Shown here: positions 16,683 to 25,195 of the stretch, piece after piece
How positions within the stretch are numbered: position 1 is the first letter of the stretch
Layout of the letters: each line of letters opens with the position of its first letter
From: a virus
Taxonomy: Duplodnaviria > Caudoviricetes
Length of the DNA stretch: 40,416 nt
Direction: 5' to 3' (one strand)
IMG/VR virus record: IMGVR_UViG_3300007512_000086
Coordinates: 1-40,416 of that record
The notes under the pieces: generated by a model
Databases searched by the model: none
What the model was told of the DNA's origin: nothing
Seen by the model: only the letters and a program-made list of their open reading frames with translations
Made by a program: the position numbers and the translations under genes

Positions 16683-18293
16683 TTAAACGTAATTAACATC
16701 AGCAACGATAACTTTACCATAGAACTCAGGTCTTACGATTTTCTTCGCATAACGAGTCATAACACCTTTTCTTGGCGTAAAGTTTGTTGGGTCATAGACC
16801 AACGGAGTCATGATAAGTGGTACATACGGAGCGTATACAGCACCAGTTTCTAAGAAATTACTTCCTCTGAAACCAACAAGTATTACGTTCTCGTGCATGT
16901 ATGGATTCTTGTAGACCGTAAAACGGTTGTTCAATAGTCCAACTTTTTGAACACCCATTGCGAATGAACTATTAGCAGCATTACCATCTGAATCAGATGC
17001 ATATCCAGGGATAGACTCAATGATAGTAGCAACTTCAGGACTTACGACCATAAAGTTAGCTCCACCACGTAGAGTCTTCTGATGAATAGCATTAGATACA
17101 GCTTGTATCTTATTACCGAGAGTCTGGAACCAAGTTCCTTTTACATAAGCTGATGCATTAGCAGATGATTCTGCGAAAAGAGCGGTAGAAGAATTATACT
17201 CATATCCTACTCTAGCAGACCAACGTTCTGTTTTAGCATTAGCATTACCCATCAACATATCAAGGATTTCCAAATCAATTTCCATTGAAATGTACTCAGA
17301 TAACATTGCAGTTAACTCAGCTTCTGCGTCAACAGAATGATAAGCGTTAAGGTCTTGAGCTAACTCAGGAGTCCATACAGCTTTCAATTTACGAGTTTTT
17401 GCAACAATCGGAATAGATTTCATTTGGATATCTATTTCTGGAATACCAATATCCGTTGCTGGTTCGGTTGGTGAAGAATCTTCAAAATCACCACGAGTAA
17501 CATCGGTTGGTGCTTTGTGATACTTCACATAGATATTTCCATCAACTTCGTACGCACCAGAAGTCTTTACAACAAAGTTCCAGTTTGAACCATCCCAACT
17601 TGAGTAAGCAGGATAGTAGTCAGCGATAGCCGCGGTTGATGAACCAGAAATTTCAAAAGCTCTAACGCCATCGAAATCTGGATTTGTCATACCATCGTCC
17701 GCAAGAGCGACAGTAACTTTTCTCAGGTTATCAAGAGAAGAACTCAAAGATGGTTCGAAATCAACATCACCCCATACAACAGAAGCTGAACTATAGCTTG
17801 TTATTGTTGCAACAGATTCGTTGATTGAATATCCAAATTTACCTGCCCCATATAGACCACCAGAAGCGTCAGCATCAGAACCAGAAGTGTTACCATGAAC
17901 ATCTGAGTTTTGAGTGTGACCTGGTTGTGCGGTACCATATTTGAAATCAAGGTAAAAAATAAGTCCTGAAGGAAGGTTCATTGGCTGAACAGATACGAAA
18001 TCTTGTGCAGCTAATTCACCAAAAATCCTACGTACCAAAGGAAGAGCAACACCACTCCACTCTTCAGAGTTAGCAGTTGTGCTTGTTTTAGAAGACTCAT
18101 CAATTAACTGACGAGCTTGGTTTTCCAAAAGAGTAGCCATACTCATGACTTTAGTTTCGGAATCTATTCCTTCGAGTAATCCAGTGGGCTCCCACTTTCC
18201 TACTAACTTACGAGTTTCCTCTAACCGTTCCTGATATGGATTATAGCCATCCATAAGGCCTTCAATAGATTTTAAATTACTATTTTTAGACAT
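16683..18293 (-). CDS. Major capsid protein, T4 gp23-like
   Basis: 'KW...GLLEG', 'LLENQ', 'VSVQPM..PSGLIFY', 'AKTRKLKA.WT.ELAQDL.AYH..DAEAEL', 'YAPYVPL' and 'F.P.KGVMTRY'; AGGAG SD. Confidence 0.97.
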   Translation of the reverse strand: MSKNSNLKSIEGLMDGYNPYQERLEETRKLVGKWEPTGLLEGIDSETKVMSMATLLENQARQLIDESSKTSTTANSEEWSGVALPLVRRIFGELAAQDFVSVQPMNLPSGLIFYLDFKYGTAQPGHTQNSDVHGNTSGSDADASGGLYGAGKFGYSINESVATITSYSSASVVWGDVDFEPSLSSSLDNLRKVTVALADDGMTNPDFDGVRAFEISGSSTAAIADYYPAYSSWDGSNWNFVVKTSGAYEVDGNIYVKYHKAPTDVTRGDFEDSSPTEPATDIGIPEIDIQMKSIPIVAKTRKLKAVWTPELAQDLNAYHSVDAEAELTAMLSEYISMEIDLEILDMLMGNANAKTERWSARVGYEYNSSTALFAESSANASAYVKGTWFQTLGNKIQAVSNAIHQKTLRGGANFMVVSPEVATIIESIPGYASDSDGNAANSSFAMGVQKVGLLNNRFTVYKNPYMHENVILVGFRGSNFLETGAVYAPYVPLIMTPLVYDPTNFTPRKGVMTRYAKKIVRPEFYGKVIVADVNYV

Positions 18294-18317
18294 TTAATTT
18301 CTCCTAAACGGTTGTTA

Positions 18318-19367
18318 TTAAAGAATTTTAGCTAGTTTCTGAAATCTGTTCTTCAACTCAGAACCTTCAGCCAAAACTTCTTTAGTTTCGGTTTTAGGTT
18401 TTGTAGAAGCAACAGCTTTAGAAGCTGAACCTTTGTTCTCATTTACAGATTTTTTAGCAGAAGAACCAAACGATTCAGCTATAGTTGAAAATACCAACTT
18501 AACTTCACGTAGATTCTTTGCTCTATCAAACTGCTCAATGACTTTAATTTTCTGTTCATTAGTCATAGAATGATTCCTGAACAACTTGTTAGTAAACAAG
18601 AGTTTAGCATTGAGTAGATTGACCTCATTTAATTTAGACCGTAGATACTTAACTACTTCGCGATGTTCTCCAAGTTCAGATTTAAGTTGAGTAATTTCAT
18701 CCACTTCTTCTTCCTCTTCTTCCTCTTCTTCTTGTAGAGCTTTCAACACTTCTTCAAGGTCAAGTTCCTCTTCCATATCCTCTTCACCCTCTTCATCAGC
18801 TGGTGCTTCGGCATCTAAATCTAAATCACCTTCATCATTAGCAGGTTCAGGCATGAACTCAGAATCATCAGCAGCGATGTCAACTGGTGCATCACCAAGG
18901 TCAACTTCGTCTTCTTCTTCAGGTGAAGCGAATTCATCTTCCTCTTCCTCTTCAGTCAGGTCTGATTCTAATTCTCTCAGAACTGCTTCAAGGTCAAGGT
19001 CGTCATCTTCTTCATCACCTGCTTCTTCTTCATCACCTTCTTCAGCTTCTGGTTCTTCTTCGGCTTCTTCAGCTTCTTCTTCACCAGCTTCTTCAGCTTC
19101 TTCTTCTGCACCTTCTTCAGCATCTATTTCAGCTTCATCTTCTACAGCGTCTTCAGCTTCTGCTTCTTCTTCTTCAGCTTCTTCGTCTTCTTCATCATAA
19201 AATTCATCATCTTCTAATTCGTCTTCGACTTCATTCTGAATCTTTTGTGAAAGCATTTGATTTAGTCTTGGAGTAAAGGCTTCTTGTAAAGCTACTTTGG
19301 CGTTTTCCAACGCGGTCTCACGAACTGCTTTTGCATCTGCGATTGCATTTTTCAAAAGGTCGTCCAT
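18318..19367 (-). CDS. Prohead scaffold / core protein, functional analogue of T4 gp22
   Basis: Highly acidic centre with a repeated LDLE.VL..L.E motif and coiled-coil ends ('LNEVNLLNAKLL', 'RFQKLA'); directly upstream of the capsid gene. Confidence 0.8.
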   Translation of the reverse strand: MDDLLKNAIADAKAVRETALENAKVALQEAFTPRLNQMLSQKIQNEVEDELEDDEFYDEEDEEAEEEEAEAEDAVEDEAEIDAEEGAEEEAEEAGEEEAEEAEEEPEAEEGDEEEAGDEEDDDLDLEAVLRELESDLTEEEEEDEFASPEEEDEVDLGDAPVDIAADDSEFMPEPANDEGDLDLDAEAPADEEGEEDMEEELDLEEVLKALQEEEEEEEEEVDEITQLKSELGEHREVVKYLRSKLNEVNLLNAKLLFTNKLFRNHSMTNEQKIKVIEQFDRAKNLREVKLVFSTIAESFGSSAKKSVNENKGSASKAVASTKPKTETKEVLAEGSELKNRFQKLAKIL

Positions 19368-19392
19368 TTTAATTCTCCAAATTAAAGGATTC

Positions 19393-19472
19393 TATTGTTA
19401 TTTAGGAACAATAATACTGAACTATCTTCAGTACACCATATCAGGACTTACCAGGCATGGTAAAATGGTGTA
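19393..19472 (-). promoter_or_regulatory. Structured 5' leader (three tandem hairpins) of the scaffold-capsid transcript
   Basis: Stems TATTGTT/AACAATA, TACTGAA/TTCAGTA, and CACCAT..TTACCA-ggca-TGGTAA..ATGGTG. Confidence 0.55.
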
Positions 19473-19483
19473 TTTGATTTTTA

Positions 19484-19491
19484 TATAAATA
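19484..19491 (-). promoter_or_regulatory. Putative late promoter motif for the scaffold-capsid operon
   Basis: GATATTTATATA on the coding strand, intergenic. Confidence 0.65.
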
Positions 19492-19523
19492 TCAGCTAAA
19501 AAAGTAAAACGTTCAAACCCCCT

Positions 19524-19730
19524 TCAGGTTTTTTCCCGTTCCATTCTTAACTTATCATATTTAATTCTAAGTTTTGCCTTAGATTTTTTGAGTCTTTTTA
19601 TATGAGAAGGCTTCTTATAGAACTCCCTTTCTCTCAATTCGAGTAATAACCCAGACTCTTTTACTTTTTTCTTAAACTTTCGTAGAGCGAACTCTATCTT
19701 ATTATCTCTTACATCTACCTTTATTGCCAT
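19524..19730 (-). CDS. rpsU: Phage-encoded 30S ribosomal protein bS21
   Basis: 68 aa, basic; 'V.V....IE.ALRKFKKKV..SGLL.ELR.REFY.KPS..KR.K...A' is the bS21 signature. Confidence 0.93.
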   Translation of the reverse strand: MAIKVDVRDNKIEFALRKFKKKVKESGLLLELREREFYKKPSHIKRLKKSKAKLRIKYDKLRMEREKT

Positions 19731-19751
19731 ATAAAACCTACTTTTCTTTTT

Positions 19752-20072
19752 TTAACTAAGTTCGTAATCTCCATAGTCATCTGATAGTTTCATTTTTAGT
19801 GCATCAGCTAAATCTTCGAGTGACGTATGAAAATTCTCATCATCATCTGTTCTCATTCCAGCTGTTATTTTAAAACCAACAACGTTTTTACCCTCAATGT
19901 CTGCTAACATACCTTGTTTCGTACCATCTAAGTAAAATACCTTACCTTTCATCTTACCAAACTTTTTAAGTTTACTAATTGGTATTTCTTTTCCTAAAAA
20001 TATATCAGTTGATTCTGATAATTGTGTTTTGAATAATCTTTCGTAATTTTCTTTTAAAAAATGTTTTGTCAT
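19752..20072 (-). CDS. Hypothetical protein, possible internal head protein
   Basis: 106 aa; N-terminal 'LKENYERLF...LSE'; translationally coupled to the upstream gene. Confidence 0.65.
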   Translation of the reverse strand: MTKHFLKENYERLFKTQLSESTDIFLGKEIPISKLKKFGKMKGKVFYLDGTKQGMLADIEGKNVVGFKITAGMRTDDDENFHTSLEDLADALKMKLSDDYGDYELS

Positions 20073-20725
20073 TATGAATTTTTCCAGTTTTTATCTACCC
20101 AATTAAAGAAATCTTTCTTATCTTCATCACTAAGTTCATCTGGTGAATCAACACCAAACTTCTTCATAGCCGCTTGAAAGAATTTCTGATATGCTTCTTT
20201 GTCACCACTCTCTGGTTTATCTAAGTCTTTTACATCAGCTTCACTTAAAGTATTAGAATCCTCTATTTCGTAATATCTACTTAAAATGTTACCCATATCT
20301 TCATAAAGAGTTTCCATTCTACGTTGCATTAAATTTGATTCTTTCGCAGCTTTAACAAATTGAGTAGCTAAACCACCAAGTTCTTTCATATTTCGTTTTA
20401 CCGACACTCTATCAAACCAATCATCAGTTTCATTCATAGTATGAATCTTTGCAGACTCAACAATTTCTGATAGTTTAAGAGCTATGTCTTTTAAATTTGT
20501 TTCTCTATAAATATCTTTACCTATATGACCATAATTCTTAACGTCTTCAAGAAAACGATTAACATTAATAGTTGCTTCTGATTCAGACCAAGACTCTGGG
20601 TTTCCTTCCTTGACCAAGGACGATAATTTAATACCAGAACCACGAACTTCGTCATTCACCTTAAATGGCTTTCCAGTGACTACACCACCTGCCATAAAAA
20701 ATTCTTTTAATACTTTCTTTTTCAT
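20072..20725 (-). CDS. Hypothetical prohead-associated protein
   Basis: Probable start MKKKVLKE at 20725 (AGGGG SD); helical core and C-terminal 'YQKFF..AMKKFGV.SP.EL....KK.FFN.VD..W' module. Confidence 0.7.
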   Translation of the reverse strand: MKKKVLKEFFMAGGVVTGKPFKVNDEVRGSGIKLSSLVKEGNPESWSESEATINVNRFLEDVKNYGHIGKDIYRETNLKDIALKLSEIVESAKIHTMNETDDWFDRVSVKRNMKELGGLATQFVKAAKESNLMQRRMETLYEDMGNILSRYYEIEDSNTLSEADVKDLDKPESGDKEAYQKFFQAAMKKFGVDSPDELSDEDKKDFFNWVDKNWKNS

Positions 20726-20735
20726 TGTAAATCCC

Positions 20736-21449
20736 CTATTTTTTGGGTTGTTCTTTTCCTTCTTCACCCTTTGGGTCAGTACCAACTGACTTGGCTCGTT
20801 TTAATCTCTCATCTCTTTTGGCTTGTATATCAGACCGAACATTATTCATCTTATTTTCATCATTATTGAACGCCGCCGTAACAAATTCCCACTTTAATGA
20901 GTATTCTTCTTTTCTTATTTCTAAATCTTCTATTAAATTTTGTAATGCAACATAATTTTTATCACCAGCTTTTGTTTGTGATTGTAATGCACCCAATCTT
21001 TTTATCTCATCATCTATTGCTTTATTATATGTAGCTTTAGCATTAGATTGGTTATTGATATATGTTGCAGAAACTTTAGTGTATCCAACTCTACCACCAG
21101 TTGCACGTCTTTCTTGGTCTTCTTTACCCCTAATAGCCGCTAAACTATCTATATTAGCACTAACAGATTTTGTTTTAGTTTGTTGTTTCTGATATTTGGA
21201 TTTAGGTACAATAAATTTATCACCACTCAACAAAGCTTGATGTCTCCATCCATCTATATCAGAACTTGTTATTCCTTTCGAAACCTTGGTTGCTAAGTCA
21301 AATAAACCTTTATCTTGTTTTCTTTGACCTGTTTCACCACCAGCTACTTTAGAGTAATCTTGAACGGGATGACCACCTTTGGAAACTGGTGCTTCCATAA
21401 GTTCACGAATACATTCTTTAATTATTTTTCTAATATCAGTTTGGTTCAT
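20736..21449 (-). CDS. Basic hypothetical protein, paralogue of 21463..22845
   Basis: Probable start MNQTDIRKIIKE at 21449, which removes the overlap with the upstream gene; aligns by eye with the C-terminal half of the 460-aa protein. Confidence 0.75.
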   Translation of the reverse strand: MNQTDIRKIIKECIRELMEAPVSKGGHPVQDYSKVAGGETGQRKQDKGLFDLATKVSKGITSSDIDGWRHQALLSGDKFIVPKSKYQKQQTKTKSVSANIDSLAAIRGKEDQERRATGGRVGYTKVSATYINNQSNAKATYNKAIDDEIKRLGALQSQTKAGDKNYVALQNLIEDLEIRKEEYSLKWEFVTAAFNNDENKMNNVRSDIQAKRDERLKRAKSVGTDPKGEEGKEQPKK

Positions 21450-21462
21450 TATTTTTTTACCT

Positions 21463-22845
21463 TTATTTTGATGGTTGCCAGAAGCCGTCTCGCATTGATT
21501 CGGCAGGTGGTATATTAGACCACATCCATTCATGGTCTCTTGCTCCTTTAGGTATGGTAGCTTGATAAGTTTGTTTTCCATCGGTAACTTTATCACCTTC
21601 TCTCACTTTGATACCTCTTTCCCATTCTTGAGTTCTTCCACCGATAGACCCGGCCGGGTCTTCTCCGACAGACTTAGCTCTCTTCTTTATTGTATCTCTT
21701 TTAGATTCTATATTTGTACGAGCGTTATTCATAGCAGTTGTATTACCATTATAAGCCGCTGTCGCGAAATCCCATCTTAATGCATATTCTTCTTTTTTAT
21801 ATCCTAAATCATCAATTAAATTTTGTATAGCTACATAAGTTTTTTCAATTGTCTGACCACCACCTTTTATATAAGCAGCTTGAAGAGTTTGTAGAGCCGT
21901 AATCTCAGCATTTATTGCCGAGTTATAAGCACTTTTAGCAGCAGACTTTTGGTTGATGTAAGAAGCACTCACCTTCATTTTAGCACCACCTAATGCGGTT
22001 GACCTTCCACCTTGGGATTTTCTTTTAACATCATCAGACGCACGTATTGAAGCTAGATTGTCAAGTGTACCACTAACAGCTTTTTGTTTAGTTCCTCTAC
22101 CACCTGGAGTTCTTGTACCTTGGTATTTAGATTTTCCGATAATTGCTCTCTTATCAGTTAATGCATCCGTTCTCCAAGCATCAATTTTACCTAAGTTCTG
22201 ACCTTTTATTATAGACGCTAGTGCAGAAGCTTTAGTAGTTCTAAACGATTTTCTTGACCCAACATTTCCACCTTTCCAACCTCTTTCTGAACCTGCTCTT
22301 TCACCAGCATCACCACCTAATGAAGTATAAGACCGTAATGTATATCCACCTTTAGATATTCCACCAGGTAGAGCTGGTGAAGCCCCACCAGCAGATTTGG
22401 AACCAGGAGCTTTACCTTTTCCTTCTAAAATTTCACCTATCATTTGTTTTATCATATATTTAAATTGAGATTTTTTCATTTTACTTTCTCCAAAAATTTG
22501 TTTATAATTATTATCTGGATTTATATATTTAATTCCAGCTCCACTTTGTTGTGTACTATCAACTTTATGTTTTTTCATCTTTGATGGAACACTTGTCATT
22601 CCATTTCCAATTTGTTTTTCAAGAACTTCTTCTTCATAGTCTTCATATACACTCTTAATTCTTTTAGGTTTTATTGCACTACCTTGTACTTTTGCTTTAG
22701 CTTTTTCTTCTACTTCATTAGCCAATTTAGCATTTTTGTTTGGGAAGTATCCTCTTCCATCAAACTTATCACCCTTTTTACCAGAAAAACTATTGGCTTC
22801 TTTAGAAACTTGAACCAACGTCTTCCATTTTTTAGACTTTTCCAT
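21463..22845 (-). CDS. Basic Gly/Lys-rich hypothetical protein, possible internal head protein
   Basis: 460 aa; internal 'MKKSQFKYMIKQMIGEILE' segment; paralogous to the downstream gene. Confidence 0.75.
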   Translation of the reverse strand: MEKSKKWKTLVQVSKEANSFSGKKGDKFDGRGYFPNKNAKLANEVEEKAKAKVQGSAIKPKRIKSVYEDYEEEVLEKQIGNGMTSVPSKMKKHKVDSTQQSGAGIKYINPDNNYKQIFGESKMKKSQFKYMIKQMIGEILEGKGKAPGSKSAGGASPALPGGISKGGYTLRSYTSLGGDAGERAGSERGWKGGNVGSRKSFRTTKASALASIIKGQNLGKIDAWRTDALTDKRAIIGKSKYQGTRTPGGRGTKQKAVSGTLDNLASIRASDDVKRKSQGGRSTALGGAKMKVSASYINQKSAAKSAYNSAINAEITALQTLQAAYIKGGGQTIEKTYVAIQNLIDDLGYKKEEYALRWDFATAAYNGNTTAMNNARTNIESKRDTIKKRAKSVGEDPAGSIGGRTQEWERGIKVREGDKVTDGKQTYQATIPKGARDHEWMWSNIPPAESMRDGFWQPSK

Positions 22846-22849
22846 TATA

Positions 22850-22857
22850 TATAAATA
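22850..22857 (-). promoter_or_regulatory. Putative late promoter motif 4 nt upstream of the ATG
   Basis: TATTTATA-TATA-ATG on the coding strand. Confidence 0.6.
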
Positions 22858-22866
22858 TTAGATTAC

Positions 22867-23646
22867 TTAAAAAAGTCTTCGTTCATAGTATAAAGTCTTT
22901 TGTGTTTGTTTCCAACCACCAACTGTATCACCTTTTCTATTTCTAAAATACCAAATACCAGGTTTGGTTAAATCGTCAACAACTGATTTCCACTTGACTT
23001 TTAATTGTTTTAACATCTTTTTAGCATCTTTTAAAGATGGTATATTGATTATAAATTTCTTTGGCATATTCTTATCCATTGGTTTAGACGGGCCTCCACC
23101 TCCGAACCAACTTGATGTACCTCTACCCCAAGCTTCAAGAAATAATGGGTCTGGTATCTCCAAAAACTCATAAACAATATTACGAACATCACTTGGAAAT
23201 CGTGTATCTTGTCCAAAAGATTCAATATTACTTCTAAATACAGTTGCAGAATCACCAGTACCCAAATTTAAAGCATTTATAACAATCTCATCCTTATCTT
23301 TATGTAATAAAACTGTATATAAAGAATTATATGTGTGACCACCACCATCATCTCTTTTAAAAAATGTTCTACCAATGACAACATATGATTTATCATAACC
23401 AGATTGTTGAATAGTGTTAGATACATCTCCGGCAACACTACCAACAAAGTCACCACCAACTACAGCCCCAGTATCAGCTTCTAATAGTATTTCTTTTACT
23501 ATCTTTTCTACTTCTGAACGCATCCTTTTGGATATCTCTATAGCTTTTAATTGTTTCAACGCTTTTTCCTTTGAATCATGTGTTCCAAGTCGTTTCCCGC
23601 CTTTTTTAGGATAGACTGCCCACTTACTACCAATCTTTTTAATCAT
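22867..23646 (-). CDS. Hypothetical modular protein
   Basis: 259 aa; N-terminal 'I.K.G.KW.VY.K.GGK.LGTH.SK..A.KQL.AIE' module, then 'IVKEILLE'. Confidence 0.7.
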   Translation of the reverse strand: MIKKIGSKWAVYPKKGGKRLGTHDSKEKALKQLKAIEISKRMRSEVEKIVKEILLEADTGAVVGGDFVGSVAGDVSNTIQQSGYDKSYVVIGRTFFKRDDGGGHTYNSLYTVLLHKDKDEIVINALNLGTGDSATVFRSNIESFGQDTRFPSDVRNIVYEFLEIPDPLFLEAWGRGTSSWFGGGGPSKPMDKNMPKKFIINIPSLKDAKKMLKQLKVKWKSVVDDLTKPGIWYFRNRKGDTVGGWKQTQKTLYYERRLF

Positions 23647-24431
23647 TTTCTTTTCAATTTTTTATTTGGTGAATATCTACGAAAACCATCTCTAACTTTT
23701 CTCCATAACATTTTCATAAAAGGTCTTTCACCCTCATGTGTTCTATTTAATGGACCAGTATCAATTCCTCTTACAATATCCATAGCATCATATCTACCAC
23801 CCTTTACACCATCCATCATTATTTTAATTATTTGTTGAGATGCTTTACCTAAAATTTTTGACATTTTCGTAATATCTTGATTTAAAATTTGTTGTGCTTC
23901 TGGTGAACTAAAAGCCGCTTCATTTATGGATTCAAGTGATAACCAACCTTTTTCATTAGCTAAATGCCAAGTTTCTTTTGTAAATCGTTCTTTTCTATTA
24001 CCTGGTGCTACAAACAAATAACTTGTTCCTGATGGGTCACCTTTTACTTTATGTCCTACTGATATATCTTTTAATGTGTATAATCTACGAGGGTCATTTT
24101 GAAATCTTATTTTAAGTCTGTTAATATCTTTCTTTTGTGGAAGAAGTGTTGTTTTGAATTTACCTTCATTTACGGATTCGTTATATCTTTTATCACTTAA
24201 CATATCCTTCATTAACTTTGATTTGGCAATTATGTAATCCAATTCTGTTTCTATAACATCATCATTTTTTTGTTGGATACCTTTTACTAAATCTTTTACT
24301 GAACCTGCAAGATATCTTGCTTGACCTTTTAATTCAGCAAATCCTTGTTTACTCAAATCTTCCTTTACTTGAAATGGTGGTCTATCTTTATCAGTATAAA
24401 CTTTACCTTGAACTATATCTTTTAATTTCAT
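23643..24431 (-). CDS. Hypothetical modular protein
   Basis: 262 aa; modules separated by ESVNE and ESINE; overlapping stop/start with its neighbours. Confidence 0.7.
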   Translation of the reverse strand: MKLKDIVQGKVYTDKDRPPFQVKEDLSKQGFAELKGQARYLAGSVKDLVKGIQQKNDDVIETELDYIIAKSKLMKDMLSDKRYNESVNEGKFKTTLLPQKKDINRLKIRFQNDPRRLYTLKDISVGHKVKGDPSGTSYLFVAPGNRKERFTKETWHLANEKGWLSLESINEAAFSSPEAQQILNQDITKMSKILGKASQQIIKIMMDGVKGGRYDAMDIVRGIDTGPLNRTHEGERPFMKMLWRKVRDGFRRYSPNKKLKRK

Positions 24432-24604
24432 TAATCTCTCTTGTAAGGAACTACTTTATTTAAAAATTCTTTTCTTTTAGTACATCCACCACATTCTTTA
24501 ATTGTACCACGAGATACTGTATTGATAGCTCGTGCAATTGTATCACCGAGACCTCTATCAATTTTTTTTATAGCATTATTTTCTTTATTTGTAAAATTTT
24601 TCAT
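24431..24604 (-). CDS. 57-aa CxxC protein, not in the ORF track
   Basis: MKNFTNKENNAIKKIDRGLGDTIARAINTVSRGTIKECGGCTKRKEFLNKVVPYKRD; fills the intergenic gap exactly, with a TAATG overlap to the next gene. Confidence 0.75.
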   Translation of the reverse strand: MKNFTNKENNAIKKIDRGLGDTIARAINTVSRGTIKECGGCTKRKEFLNKVVPYKRD

Positions 24605-24605
24605 T

Positions 24606-25193
24606 TTATAGATTCATACTTTGTCGTTTTTTCATAGACTTCGCTCGTTTCTTTAAAATCTTACCCATTTTAGCTTTCATAGCCTTTGCACGTTTTCTAG
24701 CGGCTTTTTTTCCAATTTTTACATCTTTAGCAGTCTGTTTTTTACATTTTCTTCCACTACTATCTACTTTAAATCCTGGTGGACATTGTAATTTTTTAAC
24801 TCTTTTACCCTTTTTAATTTTTATAACCCATTGTCCAACTTCTGTTAAACTTTCATCCTTTGAAACTACATCAACGTCAAATTGATATTCTTCTTTGACG
24901 TACTTCTTTATAAATTTGTAATTTTTTATAAGTAATCTAGCATTCTCATCTAAATCTTCAAACGCATTACGAACAACTTCTTGGTTTAATTCATTTTCTT
25001 CTGGTGTTTTTTTAGGGTCATCAGGTTTCATGATGAAATCCATATACTTTGGCATATTAGTTAAGGTAGGAATAAGATTTTGTGCCGCACCAGTCATTCC
25101 AGCAATCAAACCTTCAAGAGTTTCATCTCCATCACCCTCATTTAATTGTTCAATTCGGAAATTCTTCCATTTTTTCCACATATTATGATTCAT
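24606..25193 (-). CDS. Hypothetical protein with a very basic C-terminus, possibly T4 gp68-like prohead core protein
   Basis: Acidic N-half ending in 'ESLTE', then a Lys/Arg-rich tail 'KKAARKRAK...KRAKSMKKRQSMNL'; adjacent to the prohead protease. Confidence 0.5.
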   Translation of the reverse strand: MNHNMWKKWKNFRIEQLNEGDGDETLEGLIAGMTGAAQNLIPTLTNMPKYMDFIMKPDDPKKTPEENELNQEVVRNAFEDLDENARLLIKNYKFIKKYVKEEYQFDVDVVSKDESLTEVGQWVIKIKKGKRVKKLQCPPGFKVDSSGRKCKKQTAKDVKIGKKAARKRAKAMKAKMGKILKKRAKSMKKRQSMNL

Positions 25194-25195
25194 AT

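Noticed and set aside
18853-19276. Plus-strand Ser-rich and Leu/Gln-rich ORFs
   Set aside because: Antisense shadows of the GAA/GCT-rich acidic scaffold region.
20726-21596. ORF-track starts at 20785 and 21596 that imply long gene overlaps
   Set aside because: Downstream ATGs at 20725 and 21449 have plausible SD-like sequences and remove the overlaps.
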